Positions 1-9,046 are shown, numbered from the stretch's first letter. The stretch: 14,086 nucleotides of DNA from Armatimonadota bacterium (GCA_043814095.1 JBDRKI010000081.1:1-14086), one strand, 5' to 3'. Translations and numbers: made by a program. The notes: generated from the letters alone by a model not told the origin.

Positions 1-1
1 C

Positions 2-409
2 ATAGTAAGAAGAAGCGATTTTGAAAAAGCAGGGATGTTTGATGAATGCCTCTTCGCGTACATGGAGGAAACAGATCTTTTCTTCAGGATGAAGCAGATG
101 AAGATGAAGATAAGATATCTCCCTTATGTGAAGATTGTTCACTACGGCGGTGCGTCAACCGCAAGCTGGGCAGACAAAAATATTATGTATTATACAAACC
201 TTCTGCAGTTTTTCAAAAAAGAATACGGTGATACTACTCTAGGTCTTGTAAGGTCAATAGTAGGGGTAAGCAATATTCTGTCAATAATTAAATACCCCGT
301 TATAAAAGTTCTGCCGGATAGTCATAAAAAACAGCTTGAACTAAGGGAGATGGATCTTGCTTTAAAGCTTCTTAAGATAAATACAGCCGGCAAAATAAAG
401 TTGAGTTGA
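2..409 (+). CDS. Glycosyltransferase family 2 protein, C-terminal part (5'-truncated by window edge)
   Basis: The frame is open from position 2 (IVRRSDFEKAG-MFDECLFAYMEETDLFFR...YLPYVKIVHYGGAS). This matches the GT2 'G.FDE.FF.Y.EE.D...R...V.H.GG.S' pattern, so ATG 35 is internal. Confidence 0.85.
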   Translation: MVRRSDFEKAGMFDECLFAYMEETDLFFRMKQMKMKIRYLPYVKIVHYGGASTASWADKNIMYYTNLLQFFKKEYGDTTLGLVRSIVGVSNILSIIKYPVIKVLPDSHKKQLELREMDLALKLLKINTAGKIKLS

Positions 410-416
410 TGTAAAT

Positions 417-1451
417 ATGAATTCTGATATAAAAAATATTATGGTTATGAGGCTGGACCAGCTGGGTGATATAATCCTTACTGTCCCGGCTTTAAGAACC
501 ATAAGGGAAACCTTCCCCCGGGCTAAGATACATACCCTTGTTCCGGAATCCTTTTCGGATATCCGCGGAATTAATAAATATTCTGATGTAGTGTTGGGTT
601 TTGAGAAAGAAAATTTTTTAAATACCGTTTTAGAGCTTAGAAAAACAAAATTTGATTTAGCTGTTGATTTTTTATCAAGGGCGGATAACTTAAGCGCAGT
701 TATAATGGGTCTTATAAGGGCAGAGGAAAAGTTAAGTTTTAATGTGGGACTCAGGAGGCTTGTTTTAAACAGAAGGTTTAACCTGGAAAATAAAGATCTA
801 TATGAAGTTGATATTACATTTAAACTTCTTGAGAGCATAGGAATAAAAGGCACATCTAAAGAACTTGAACTTGACTTTGAAGAGAAAGATAAGATTTCTA
901 TAGACTCATATCTCGGGAAAAAAGGCGTAAATCTTGAAGATAATCTTATAGGGATCCAGACCATGGCCAAGACGGATATAAAGGCATGGCCCGTGGAAAA
1001 GTTTGTTGAGCTGACAAAAGCTTTACTTAGCAGATACCCCGTTAAAATTGTTTTGACCGGCTCTTCTTCCGAGAGGGAGAGAATAGAAGAAAATTTTAAA
1101 GCTCTTTCGGGGGATAGGGTTATTTTAGCCGCAGGGGATATTACTTTAAACCAGCTTACGGCTTTGATGGGCAGGTTTAAGGTTTTTATATCAAATAATA
1201 CCGGCCCTATGCATATAGCGGCGGCCTTAGGGACGCCTCTTTTGCTGATTAACGGCTACTCAAGCATCTTAAGGTGGGGGCCTCATACGGGAAATAACTT
1301 TGTGGTAAAAAAAGATTACCCGTGCGCGCCGTGCGAGTTTACCCGTTCGGGTATTTGTATGTATAATGACTACCGGTGCATAAATGATATTACCGTTGAT
1401 GAAGTTTTAGACGGTTTTAAGAATTTATGGGAGAGCAGGGTCAGTGTTTAA
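417..1451 (+). CDS. Glycosyltransferase family 9 (ADP-heptose:LPS heptosyltransferase-like)
   Basis: N-terminal 'IMVMRLDQLGDIILTVPALRTIRETFPRAKI', 'KAWPVEKF', 'FISNNTGPMHIAAALGTP' and C-terminal 'CAPC...C...CINDITVDEV' are GT9 hallmarks. Confidence 0.92.
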   Translation: MNSDIKNIMVMRLDQLGDIILTVPALRTIRETFPRAKIHTLVPESFSDIRGINKYSDVVLGFEKENFLNTVLELRKTKFDLAVDFLSRADNLSAVIMGLIRAEEKLSFNVGLRRLVLNRRFNLENKDLYEVDITFKLLESIGIKGTSKELELDFEEKDKISIDSYLGKKGVNLEDNLIGIQTMAKTDIKAWPVEKFVELTKALLSRYPVKIVLTGSSSERERIEENFKALSGDRVILAAGDITLNQLTALMGRFKVFISNNTGPMHIAAALGTPLLLINGYSSILRWGPHTGNNFVVKKDYPCAPCEFTRSGICMYNDYRCINDITVDEVLDGFKNLWESRVSV

Positions 1452-2691
1452 TAAGCTGATTGATTATTTTCATACAAGGGTCAATTATTTTGATCTTTTA
1501 AAGAGCAGGGGCAGGCACAGAAAAGATAAACTTAATCTCGGCTGGTGCAGTGTTTTCCCGCCTACAAAAAACGGGACCGCTGCGGCAAGCTATTATATGG
1601 TTAACCAGCTCCGGAAAACAGATGATATAAACTTATTTTTAATTCCTTACCAGGGAAGGTATAAAGATAAGGTATATCCTCCTTTCCTTGATAAGAGAAT
1701 GTTTAAAGATTTTAATATCACAAAGATAGATGATCCCAAACTTGATCTTATTGTTCTGTTTTTACTCGGTGATATATGCAAGGAAATTATCCATAAGGCA
1801 AAAGCCCCTTATATAATCTGGCAGACCATACACGAATCCATAAACGAGAAAAACAAAAGAAAGCTTTTTGAAGAGTTTACAGGTTATGATTGCAAAAAGA
1901 TTCTCCTTACAAACAAAGATGCCGTGAGAGAGTATAAAGAGGCAGGCGCCGAAAATATCTTTTATTTCCCGCTTGGGATTGAAAGATCGCCTTTTAAAAT
2001 GCATAAGAGCAATAAAACAGATTTTACGGTGCTTTTTTTAAGCCGGATAGTAAAGTATAAAGGGATAATGCCCTTTTTAAAAAGCATACCTCTTGTCCTT
2101 AGAAAGTGCCCCGAAGTTAAGTTTAAAATCCATATGCCCTTTGACGGGGTATTTAAGGCGGATAATGAAGTCCAGTCACTTATAGATTCGGTTAAAGAAA
2201 AATACCCGGATAATTTTGATTTCTGCATGGAATGGGTTGATTACGGCAGTTTAAGCAGTATTTATAAAGATGCATCGTTACTTGTTTTCCCGAGCAATAA
2301 CGAAGGGTTCGGGGTTCCTCTTGTTGAGGCAATGACCTGCGGCATACCTTCTATAGTCTTAAATAAACCACCTATGAACGAGATAGTTATAGATAATTAT
2401 AACGGGTTCTGCCTTGAGCCTGACCCAGATATAAGGGATAAATACGATAAGCTGAGACAGGGTGAGTATGTAATAGAGGATTTCATGGACTGGGCGTTCC
2501 CTTCACCTTCTGATATAGCGGACAAGATAATATATCTTTACCGGAATAAAGATGCTTATGATAAACTTTCTGATAACTGTGTTAAACATTCTGAAAACTT
2601 TGATATCAGGAAGCTGACCGATGCATTCGTTAATCTTATAAAAAATAATAATTTTACGGATTCTTTTGATTTTACTAAAAATTTGGTATAA
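1444..2691 (+). CDS. Glycosyltransferase family 4 (GT-B retaining)
   Basis: 'FLSRIVKYKG' and the EX7E motif 'VFPSNNEGFGVPLVEAMTCGIP'. The GTG start overlaps the GT9 stop by 8 nt (translational coupling). Confidence 0.9.
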   Translation: MFNKLIDYFHTRVNYFDLLKSRGRHRKDKLNLGWCSVFPPTKNGTAAASYYMVNQLRKTDDINLFLIPYQGRYKDKVYPPFLDKRMFKDFNITKIDDPKLDLIVLFLLGDICKEIIHKAKAPYIIWQTIHESINEKNKRKLFEEFTGYDCKKILLTNKDAVREYKEAGAENIFYFPLGIERSPFKMHKSNKTDFTVLFLSRIVKYKGIMPFLKSIPLVLRKCPEVKFKIHMPFDGVFKADNEVQSLIDSVKEKYPDNFDFCMEWVDYGSLSSIYKDASLLVFPSNNEGFGVPLVEAMTCGIPSIVLNKPPMNEIVIDNYNGFCLEPDPDIRDKYDKLRQGEYVIEDFMDWAFPSPSDIADKIIYLYRNKDAYDKLSDNCVKHSENFDIRKLTDAFVNLIKNNNFTDSFDFTKNLV

Positions 2692-2772
2692 TTAAAAAGA
2701 TTATTCCTAACAGAAAACTTATCTTTATTTGTTTCGGCAAGCTTAACTATTTATAATTTACCGGGGGGATAA

Positions 2773-3040
2773 ATGCAAAATACAAAAATTGCATTATTTA
2801 AAGGTAAAAAGAATGGATGATTTTGAGCTGATTTTTACCATGCTGGGAGAGTGCGCTACAACTGAGATACACCGCAATGAGGATTCTCAAGGGGTAAGAA
2901 AGCTGAAGTCAGATGCTCATTCCGGCGGAAAAATTGCGGGTGTTTCCCGCAAGGCGCTTGAGAAACGTCTGAAAAGGCCGGTTGTTTCCGGTGAAAATTA
3001 CCTTAAGGAATCAGAAGCACGGAAAAAGTTAAATAAATAA
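2773..3040 (+). pseudogene. Internally deleted Bro-N domain / phage antirepressor-like gene remnant
   Basis: A G-rich RBS (2763-2769) and ATG 2773 give MQNTKIALFKGKK, like the N-terminus of Bro-N proteins, with a stop at 2818. From ATG 2813 in another frame, MDDFELIFTMLGECATTEIHRNEDSQG...GGKIAG..RKALEK.....VVSGENYL resembles the C-terminus of the same family. Confidence 0.7.
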
Positions 3041-3047
3041 AGCTTAT

Positions 3048-3995
3048 TCATACTGATTGATTCAGATCTTCACTTATCCATTTAAGCGCCTCAACCGAAG
3101 TTTCGTGTTCCGGCAGTAACAGCACAAAGTCGTGTATCATGCGGGTGTATCTTTTAAGAATGACCGGCACGCCGGATTCTTTAAGCTTTTTTGCGTACTC
3201 TTCACCTTCGTCTCTTAAGAGATCCATTTCAGCTGTGATAATAACAGCAGGCGCAAGATCTGACAGGTCTTTCTCGAGAAGCGGAGACAGATAAGGATCT
3301 GTCCGGGTATTTTTATCCGGCGCGTAAAGTTTTCTGAAATATTCCATCATATCCACCGTAAGGTAATAACCTTCTCCGTACATTTTGTAAGATTCAGTAT
3401 CCATAGCGGCCAGGTTAGTTGCCGGGCAGATTAATACCTGACGGGAAATACATGGGCCGTTTTTATTCCTGGATTTTATTGCCATAACCGCCGAGATAGT
3501 GCCTCCGGCTGAATCTCCCAGGACTATTATACGGTTTTTATCCCAGAGGTAGGATAAAGGGTCATTAAAAACCCAGTTAAGGGCATCATAGGAATCCGTT
3601 ATCGCCGCGGGAAAGGGGTGTTCGGGCGCAAGCCTGTAATCTACAGAGACTACGGTAAATCCGGTTCCGTTTGCCACGGTTCTGCATATATTTTCGTAAC
3701 GGTCAAGATCCCCGAGTATCCATCCTCCTCCGTGATAATACACTATTACCGGCCGGTCTGTCTTATCGGAAGGGCTGTAAATACGCAGTGTTATATCATT
3801 TCCGTCAGATCCCGTGATTTTTATATCTTCTGTATGTTTTATGGGTACGGGAAGAGGGGAGAAATATTCTTTGGCGAGTCTCCTGGCTTCTTCAACCGGG
3901 ATATCTTCTATCCCGGGCGTATTATCCACAAGTTTGAGAAACTCTTCTGTTTTTTTATCGAGCCGTACGTTTTTCACGGGTTTATCTCCTTGCAT
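3048..3995 (-). CDS. Alpha/beta hydrolase, hormone-sensitive-lipase (Aes-like) esterase
   Basis: Oxyanion motif HGGGW, 'VDYRLAPEHPFPAA', nucleophile GDSAGG, 'DLLRDEG' (Asp) and 'MIHDF' (His). Confidence 0.93.
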   Translation of the reverse strand: MQGDKPVKNVRLDKKTEEFLKLVDNTPGIEDIPVEEARRLAKEYFSPLPVPIKHTEDIKITGSDGNDITLRIYSPSDKTDRPVIVYYHGGGWILGDLDRYENICRTVANGTGFTVVSVDYRLAPEHPFPAAITDSYDALNWVFNDPLSYLWDKNRIIVLGDSAGGTISAVMAIKSRNKNGPCISRQVLICPATNLAAMDTESYKMYGEGYYLTVDMMEYFRKLYAPDKNTRTDPYLSPLLEKDLSDLAPAVIITAEMDLLRDEGEEYAKKLKESGVPVILKRYTRMIHDFVLLLPEHETSVEALKWISEDLNQSV

Positions 3996-4002
3996 TATAA
4001 TT

Positions 4003-5700
4003 CTATTCTATAACCGGTATTTTTTCTAAGATTTTCTTATGCGATTTTCCATAAGGCTCTTTTATAACGGCACGGTAAAGCACGTCTGTTTCACCTTTCT
4101 TATGCGTATCTAAAATCAAGCCTGATTTGTCATAACCTTTAATTTCATCCATGGCATCTTTTATTTTAGTTTCATCAATAATATCTTGTGTAAAGTTCAT
4201 CAATCTGCCTTGAGCGTCAAAGGCCAGCGTAAAACCTCCGCTAATCATGGTGAAGCAGTCTTTATATCTCTCTAAACCATCACCTTTTACCGGCACTTCT
4301 TTAACAGAAGAATAATTTATAAAAGTTTCACCGTTCTTATTGGTATAAATACTATCAGTCTTCAAATTAAGAGGTATGGAAATACCTAATTTATCTTTAT
4401 TCTGTTTTATAAAATTCAAGGCATCTTCTTCGGTTTTTAAGGATTTATTGAGTTTTAATTCAGGGATATCTTTCTTTTTTAAATCATTACTGTTTAGAAT
4501 TTTCCTTTCAAGAAATATTTTTTCCATAACATCCTGATATTTTCCGTTTGTTATTTGTTTATCTGCTTTAAGCATACCTATTGCTATATCTTTGTATTTG
4601 CATCTGGTAGGAGGGGAGAGTTCCACAGCATAGCTGAAAATCTTGCTTAAATGGGAAGCTGCTGTTTTCAAAGAAGAAAGCTTATCGGATGTTTTCGCAA
4701 GATTCTGCTTGAAAAAGCCTTCTAAACAATCATAAACTGTAGCAGTGAAAAGACGTGAAAAATTATGAGGTTCGGATGATAAGCTGTCTTCGGGATATCC
4801 TCCGGGTAAACTGTAAGGGTCATTATAAGTAAAGTTATTTATTGCTGTACGCAGATAAATGTTACTGTCATTAGCGGGATCTTTATCTGATAGATGTTTT
4901 GCCTTGCCGAACTCTTCGCCCATTCTGCTGAGCAGGCTTTCTTTTCTGAAATCTCCTTTGTTTTCGGAAAGGATTGCTTTTAAGTTATTTTCATTTCTTA
5001 AAGTAAGGAACATTGCCGTAATATCACCAAATGCCTCGTGGAAAGCCATGGTTTCTTTCCCGCTTAAAAAGCTTAAATATCTCGGACGCAGGCCGTCAAG
5101 TATTGCATGACCTGCTTCATGAGATACTATATCGGATGATTCTGCGGTTCTTACCATTTTTTTTAATTCTGCAGAATCAAAAAATCCGAAATTTACCGCT
5201 TCTTCCCTCCGGTCGTAATAAGCGTTTCTCCATTTTTTGTGATGGGGTAAGACTTTCATGCCGGATTTTTTAAAAGCCCAGTCAATTCTATGACCCATCA
5301 ATTCTTCAAACATATCCAGAGTGCGGTAAGTTACAGCGTAAGAATTAACCTGGCCGGATTGAGGTGTACCTGCTTTATAGATGTAGTCTCCTTTGTCGTC
5401 AGGTTTAGCAAGAACAAAGGAGGGGTTGGACTCATGGGCTTCTACCCTTTCGCCGCTTAATTTATCTCCGATTTTTTCTTGAGGAAATTCAATTATTTGT
5501 GCAGGACCGACAGCCGGGTCCTGGGGCAATACGGATATTTTGATGACTTTACCGGTTTTAACTGCTATTTTAAAAAGGCCGAAAGAATCGGATATCATAA
5601 CTCTCGGCCGTCCGGTCTTTGGTTTTACAGAAGAGATGTGTTTATAAGTGTTTGAATTGCTTAAAAATGAGGTTATAAAATTAATAATAGAATTTGTCAT
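4003..5700 (-). CDS. Gluzincin zinc metallopeptidase (M4/M36-like)
   Basis: 'NAYY', 'DIVSHEAGHAILD' (HEXXH, 5107-5121), third ligand 'AFHEAFGD' (5023-5040) and 'EPHNFS'. Start moved to ATG 5700 because GGAGGGGG lies directly upstream. Confidence 0.85.
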   Translation of the reverse strand: MTNSIINFITSFLSNSNTYKHISSVKPKTGRPRVMISDSFGLFKIAVKTGKVIKISVLPQDPAVGPAQIIEFPQEKIGDKLSGERVEAHESNPSFVLAKPDDKGDYIYKAGTPQSGQVNSYAVTYRTLDMFEELMGHRIDWAFKKSGMKVLPHHKKWRNAYYDRREEAVNFGFFDSAELKKMVRTAESSDIVSHEAGHAILDGLRPRYLSFLSGKETMAFHEAFGDITAMFLTLRNENNLKAILSENKGDFRKESLLSRMGEEFGKAKHLSDKDPANDSNIYLRTAINNFTYNDPYSLPGGYPEDSLSSEPHNFSRLFTATVYDCLEGFFKQNLAKTSDKLSSLKTAASHLSKIFSYAVELSPPTRCKYKDIAIGMLKADKQITNGKYQDVMEKIFLERKILNSNDLKKKDIPELKLNKSLKTEEDALNFIKQNKDKLGISIPLNLKTDSIYTNKNGETFINYSSVKEVPVKGDGLERYKDCFTMISGGFTLAFDAQGRLMNFTQDIIDETKIKDAMDEIKGYDKSGLILDTHKKGETDVLYRAVIKEPYGKSHKKILEKIPVIE

Positions 5701-5730
5701 TTCCCCCTCCTGTCTTAACTTTACAATTTC

Positions 5731-5759
5731 ACTATAAACTAATTTATATTTAAAGTAAA
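5731..5759 (-). promoter_or_regulatory. Putative sigma70-type promoter for the peptidase-esterase pair
   Basis: The minus strand reads TTTACT-17 nt-TATAGT, about 30 nt upstream of ATG 5700. Confidence 0.45.
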
Positions 5760-5777
5760 GCACCTATAAGGGAGATT

Positions 5778-5819
5778 ATGTTAACAAATTGTTAACATTT
5801 TTTTAATATATTATTAACA
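5778..5819. promoter_or_regulatory. Four 11-bp-periodic TTAACA boxes (OmpR/PhoP-type binding array)
   Basis: TTAACA at 5781, TTAACA at 5792, TTAATA at 5803 and TTAACA at 5814. The first two also form the perfect dyad ATGTTAACAA-A-TTGTTAACAT (5778-5798). Confidence 0.6.
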
Positions 5820-5827
5820 AATTCCTA

Positions 5828-5856
5828 TTTTCAATCCCCCAAACTTGTGTTATAAT
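5828..5856 (+). promoter_or_regulatory. Putative sigma70 promoter with extended -10 for the lipoprotein gene
   Basis: TTTTCA (5828-5833), 17 nt spacer, TATAAT (5851-5856), with TG at 5848-5849 (TGnTATAAT). Confidence 0.6.
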
Positions 5857-5893
5857 ATCTCTGTATGGTGCATTAAAATTAACATTATTTTAT

Positions 5894-7093
5894 ATGGGGG
5901 CAATTATGATTAAAAGAAATTCCTTTAAAACCTTTCTAATGTTAGCATCCTTAATATTCATCCTTTACCCCTTATTTATGCTTACACTGCCTGGCTGCGG
6001 CGGCGGTGGCGGCGGCGGCGGCGGATATACTGTCACAAACACAAGTACGGGCGCTACCGTTGTGGTAACCCCCACGCCTACTCCTACTCCTACTCCTACT
6101 CCTTCACCGGGCGTTAATACCAAATATGCTTATGTATCGGCAGATACTGGAGCTTGCATTGATGTATACAATGCTGAAACATTTGAATATGTAAAGAAAA
6201 TGGAAGGCCTAAGCCGTCCTAATAAGATGTGTTTCTCGCACGCAAAAAGAGGCGTTGGAGGTAGATATATAAATAAACCGAAGTATCTTTATGTTGCAAA
6301 CCAGGTTGATGTCAAAAGACTTGATCTTGAAACACTAGAAAAAGACAATTTATGGTCAGGCCCAGGAGGATTAGGTATCATAGGTATTGCCTTATCCATA
6401 AATGACAAATACCTTTACGCCGTGGATTTCCCCCCCGAACATCTTATTATTTATGATACCGAGATAGAAATGCCTATACAGACAAGCCCTATAGCTCTGG
6501 GCGAGGATTCAGATCCCCTTGATTGCGCAGTAACACCTAACGGGGAAAAAGTCATCATTGGTAATAACGGATGGGGACCGGGTTTTGATCCTGATGATAA
6601 ATTCCATATTCCTATTTTAAGGACAAGTGATAACACAATTTACGCAACGGTTCCTAATGATATAGCTGCAGGAAAACAGGTAGTTATAGATTCGGCAGGC
6701 AATTACGCTTATCTTATAGCTGGTGATGATTTTACAAGCCCTAATAAACTTATTATTTTACATATAGAATCCCTTACAATTGTAAACTCAATTGATCTTA
6801 CTTACAGACCTTACGGCGCTGTAATTGCCCCCGATAACAGCAAACTATATATTACTACCTGGAATGATGAGGTTACAGTAATAACTTTAGACGGTGCGGG
6901 GGGAGCGGTTGAATCCGCTCATATAGATGTAGGAGAAAATTCTCATTATCCCGGCATATCATCTGATGGCGCTTATGTATGGGTGCCCTGTCAGGGAGAT
7001 GATAAAGTTTACATAATTAAAACTTCTGATAACAGTATTCACAGAATACTTGATACATCAGAAAGTCCGAGACATGCATTAGTTGAGTGGTAA
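5894..7093 (+). CDS. Lipoprotein with YncE/YVTN-like beta-propeller
   Basis: Basic N-terminus, hydrophobic stretch and lipobox LPG-C (Cys codon 5996), then Gly9 and (TP)n linkers. Blade repeats follow: 'IALSINDKYLYAV', 'AVTPNGEKVII', 'VIAPDNSKLYIT', 'ISSDGAYVWV'. The true start could be ATG 5906. Confidence 0.8.
   Translation: MGAIMIKRNSFKTFLMLASLIFILYPLFMLTLPGCGGGGGGGGGYTVTNTSTGATVVVTPTPTPTPTPTPSPGVNTKYAYVSADTGACIDVYNAETFEYVKKMEGLSRPNKMCFSHAKRGVGGRYINKPKYLYVANQVDVKRLDLETLEKDNLWSGPGGLGIIGIALSINDKYLYAVDFPPEHLIIYDTEIEMPIQTSPIALGEDSDPLDCAVTPNGEKVIIGNNGWGPGFDPDDKFHIPILRTSDNTIYATVPNDIAAGKQVVIDSAGNYAYLIAGDDFTSPNKLIILHIESLTIVNSIDLTYRPYGAVIAPDNSKLYITTWNDEVTVITLDGAGGAVESAHIDVGENSHYPGISSDGAYVWVPCQGDDKVYIIKTSDNSIHRILDTSESPRHALVEW
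5999..6025 (+). repeat. (GGN)9 poly-glycine trinucleotide tract
   Basis: ggc ggc ggt ggc ggc ggc ggc ggc gga directly after the lipobox Cys. Confidence 0.9.
6077..6100 (+). repeat. (CCTACT)4 tandem repeat encoding a Pro-Thr linker
   Basis: Four exact hexamers, flanked by degenerate copies (cccacg, ccttca). Confidence 0.9.
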
Positions 7094-9028
7094 TTATAGC
7101 CTATTTGAAAATTTATACTCCAGCTTGCAGTTCTTGAACAAGGCTGAGAATATATTTAAATATTTAGGGTCATAGATAAAGCTTACGCCTTTGGAATTGT
7201 TAAATAATATATATCCGCCGGATATTCCTGCGGAATCTTCGGAATTTACTATTATTGAACCTACAAGTGAAAACTTTCCGGATATCTCGCTTACAAATGC
7301 TCCTTTGCTGTAAATTAAACCGTAAAATATGCTGTCATCATCCTCTATCTCAAAATCATGGGATAACCATGCCATGAATAAATTAAAATCATTTGAATCT
7401 GATGATATTATTGAATGCTCTATAAGATAATCCTTAAAAGATATTATTTTATTTCTCCTAGAAGCCGTGTTTCTTTGAAAAACCTTGGAGCCCCGTATAT
7501 ATTCGTTAAAAAAGTTTTTTATTTCACTTTCTGAATTTTTTCGTGAATACAATATATGATTACAAAATGCCCCAGCCAGCTCTACAAACTTCTCACTGAA
7601 GCCTGATGTGTCCTGATCCTGTTTTGATATGTCTTTTAATGTTATCTTGCCTCCCGCAAATATGCTTACACCGTTATCCGGGGTGGCATTTTTCATGCAC
7701 TTGCCTTCAAATGTTAGATCTCCGTTTGTGAATACTCCACCGTATCCGCTGAATTCCCCTGATATGGTTATAGAGCTATCCAAGCCGTCTAATTCGTTTA
7801 ATATATACGGCTGGTTTGCTTCTGTGCCGTCCATTATTACCTTTACCCTTGAGGGGAGGGATGCATCTCCCCTTATTGTTAAATGCTTGTAATTATTGTT
7901 TGCAGGTGTAAGACGCTGCGGCCTTTCTATGTAAAGCTTTGTTCCTTCAATGCGCATACCTTCAAGACGCCTATCGCCGAAGGTTGGTATATTGCCCGCG
8001 CCGGGGTCGTATACTTCAACCGTGCTCCCGTCGGTATACCTTATACTGTATGTTCCTTTATTGTTGGATATCATACAGTAATCACCGGCTTTTAAACTAA
8101 TGGGGTTGGTATTTTTTGCAAGCTGAACTTCCTTTACTTTTTCTAAGGTAAGTTCGGGTATCACTTTCTGGACATTGGTTTTAACCATATTTTCTACTTT
8201 CGACGGATTTAAGTTTTTAGCATCTACGCTGTAATAATTACCGAAGGTCTTTATTTCTCCGCCGTTAAAATCAATATTTCCATTTTCATTGAGTATTTTT
8301 ATGCTTTTTTCAAGTTCATTATCATATCTGTAACCCGAATATATCTGGGGCGGACGTCCGCCTGCGGCATCAACCGTAAAATCGGGACTTGCTTCTTTAT
8401 TCATATCCATCCATATCTGTTTGCTTGCGATAGCGGGAGCATCAGCTTCGCCGTGTCCTGCTAAAAGATATTCTGATTCTATATATGAAACCTGGTTTCT
8501 ATGCACTCCTTTTGCCACTAAAAGAACTCCGTTTTCAGGCACAACAGCGCGGGTTGTCTGAAGATCTGTATTTTTCATGCGGGGATCCTGGTCAGTTGCG
8601 GGTTTATCTATCCGGTTATATGACAAATATTTAATCTTGCTGGTAGGGACAAAACTTACACAAAAAGTGGAATACTCCGCGGGGTTGGAAATGCTTTCTA
8701 TTCTGCCTTCTATAAGACCGTCTTTTTCTTTTATTATTATTCTATTGCTGCCGCATACTTTTTCTATTGTTCTGTTGGAGTAACTTGAAGGGTCCTGGTT
8801 CCATGTATAATCTTCTTCTATACAGCTTGCAACATATTCAATTCCGGAAGCCGCGGCAAGATTTGACTTGTTTTCACTGTGATGCATACCTGTTCTTATA
8901 AGGTTTGTGTTTACACAGGTATGCTGTACCCCTATATATATTACTATGACCATAAAAAGAAGAATTACAAGGCTTATGAAAACCATGCCTTTTTGTTTGT
9001 TCTTCTTAAATGTTAAATCAGGCTTCAT
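7094..9028 (-). CDS. Large PilX-like (minor pilin/pseudopilin-like) protein
   Basis: Class III-like leader 'KKNKQKG|MVFISLVILLFMVIVIYIG' without Glu+5, then 'SNLAAASGIEYV'. C-terminal beta-rich 'FYGLIYSKG...FSLVGSIIV...FIYDPKYL'. RBS GGAG is 7 nt upstream. Confidence 0.6.
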   Translation of the reverse strand: MKPDLTFKKNKQKGMVFISLVILLFMVIVIYIGVQHTCVNTNLIRTGMHHSENKSNLAAASGIEYVASCIEEDYTWNQDPSSYSNRTIEKVCGSNRIIIKEKDGLIEGRIESISNPAEYSTFCVSFVPTSKIKYLSYNRIDKPATDQDPRMKNTDLQTTRAVVPENGVLLVAKGVHRNQVSYIESEYLLAGHGEADAPAIASKQIWMDMNKEASPDFTVDAAGGRPPQIYSGYRYDNELEKSIKILNENGNIDFNGGEIKTFGNYYSVDAKNLNPSKVENMVKTNVQKVIPELTLEKVKEVQLAKNTNPISLKAGDYCMISNNKGTYSIRYTDGSTVEVYDPGAGNIPTFGDRRLEGMRIEGTKLYIERPQRLTPANNNYKHLTIRGDASLPSRVKVIMDGTEANQPYILNELDGLDSSITISGEFSGYGGVFTNGDLTFEGKCMKNATPDNGVSIFAGGKITLKDISKQDQDTSGFSEKFVELAGAFCNHILYSRKNSESEIKNFFNEYIRGSKVFQRNTASRRNKIISFKDYLIEHSIISSDSNDFNLFMAWLSHDFEIEDDDSIFYGLIYSKGAFVSEISGKFSLVGSIIVNSEDSAGISGGYILFNNSKGVSFIYDPKYLNIFSALFKNCKLEYKFSNRL

Positions 9029-9046
9029 TTTTTTCTCCGGTATATA

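Noticed and set aside
417-1451. Assigning waaF/waaC/waaQ to the GT9 gene
   Set aside because: Family is clear, but acceptor specificity cannot be read from the sequence.
2789-2812. TTG start giving an intact 83-aa protein
   Set aside because: This stretch is the out-of-frame reading of the real N-terminus starting at ATG 2773.
5701-5763. GTG-start N-terminal extension of the peptidase
   Set aside because: It overlaps the strong RBS and putative promoter belonging to ATG 5700.
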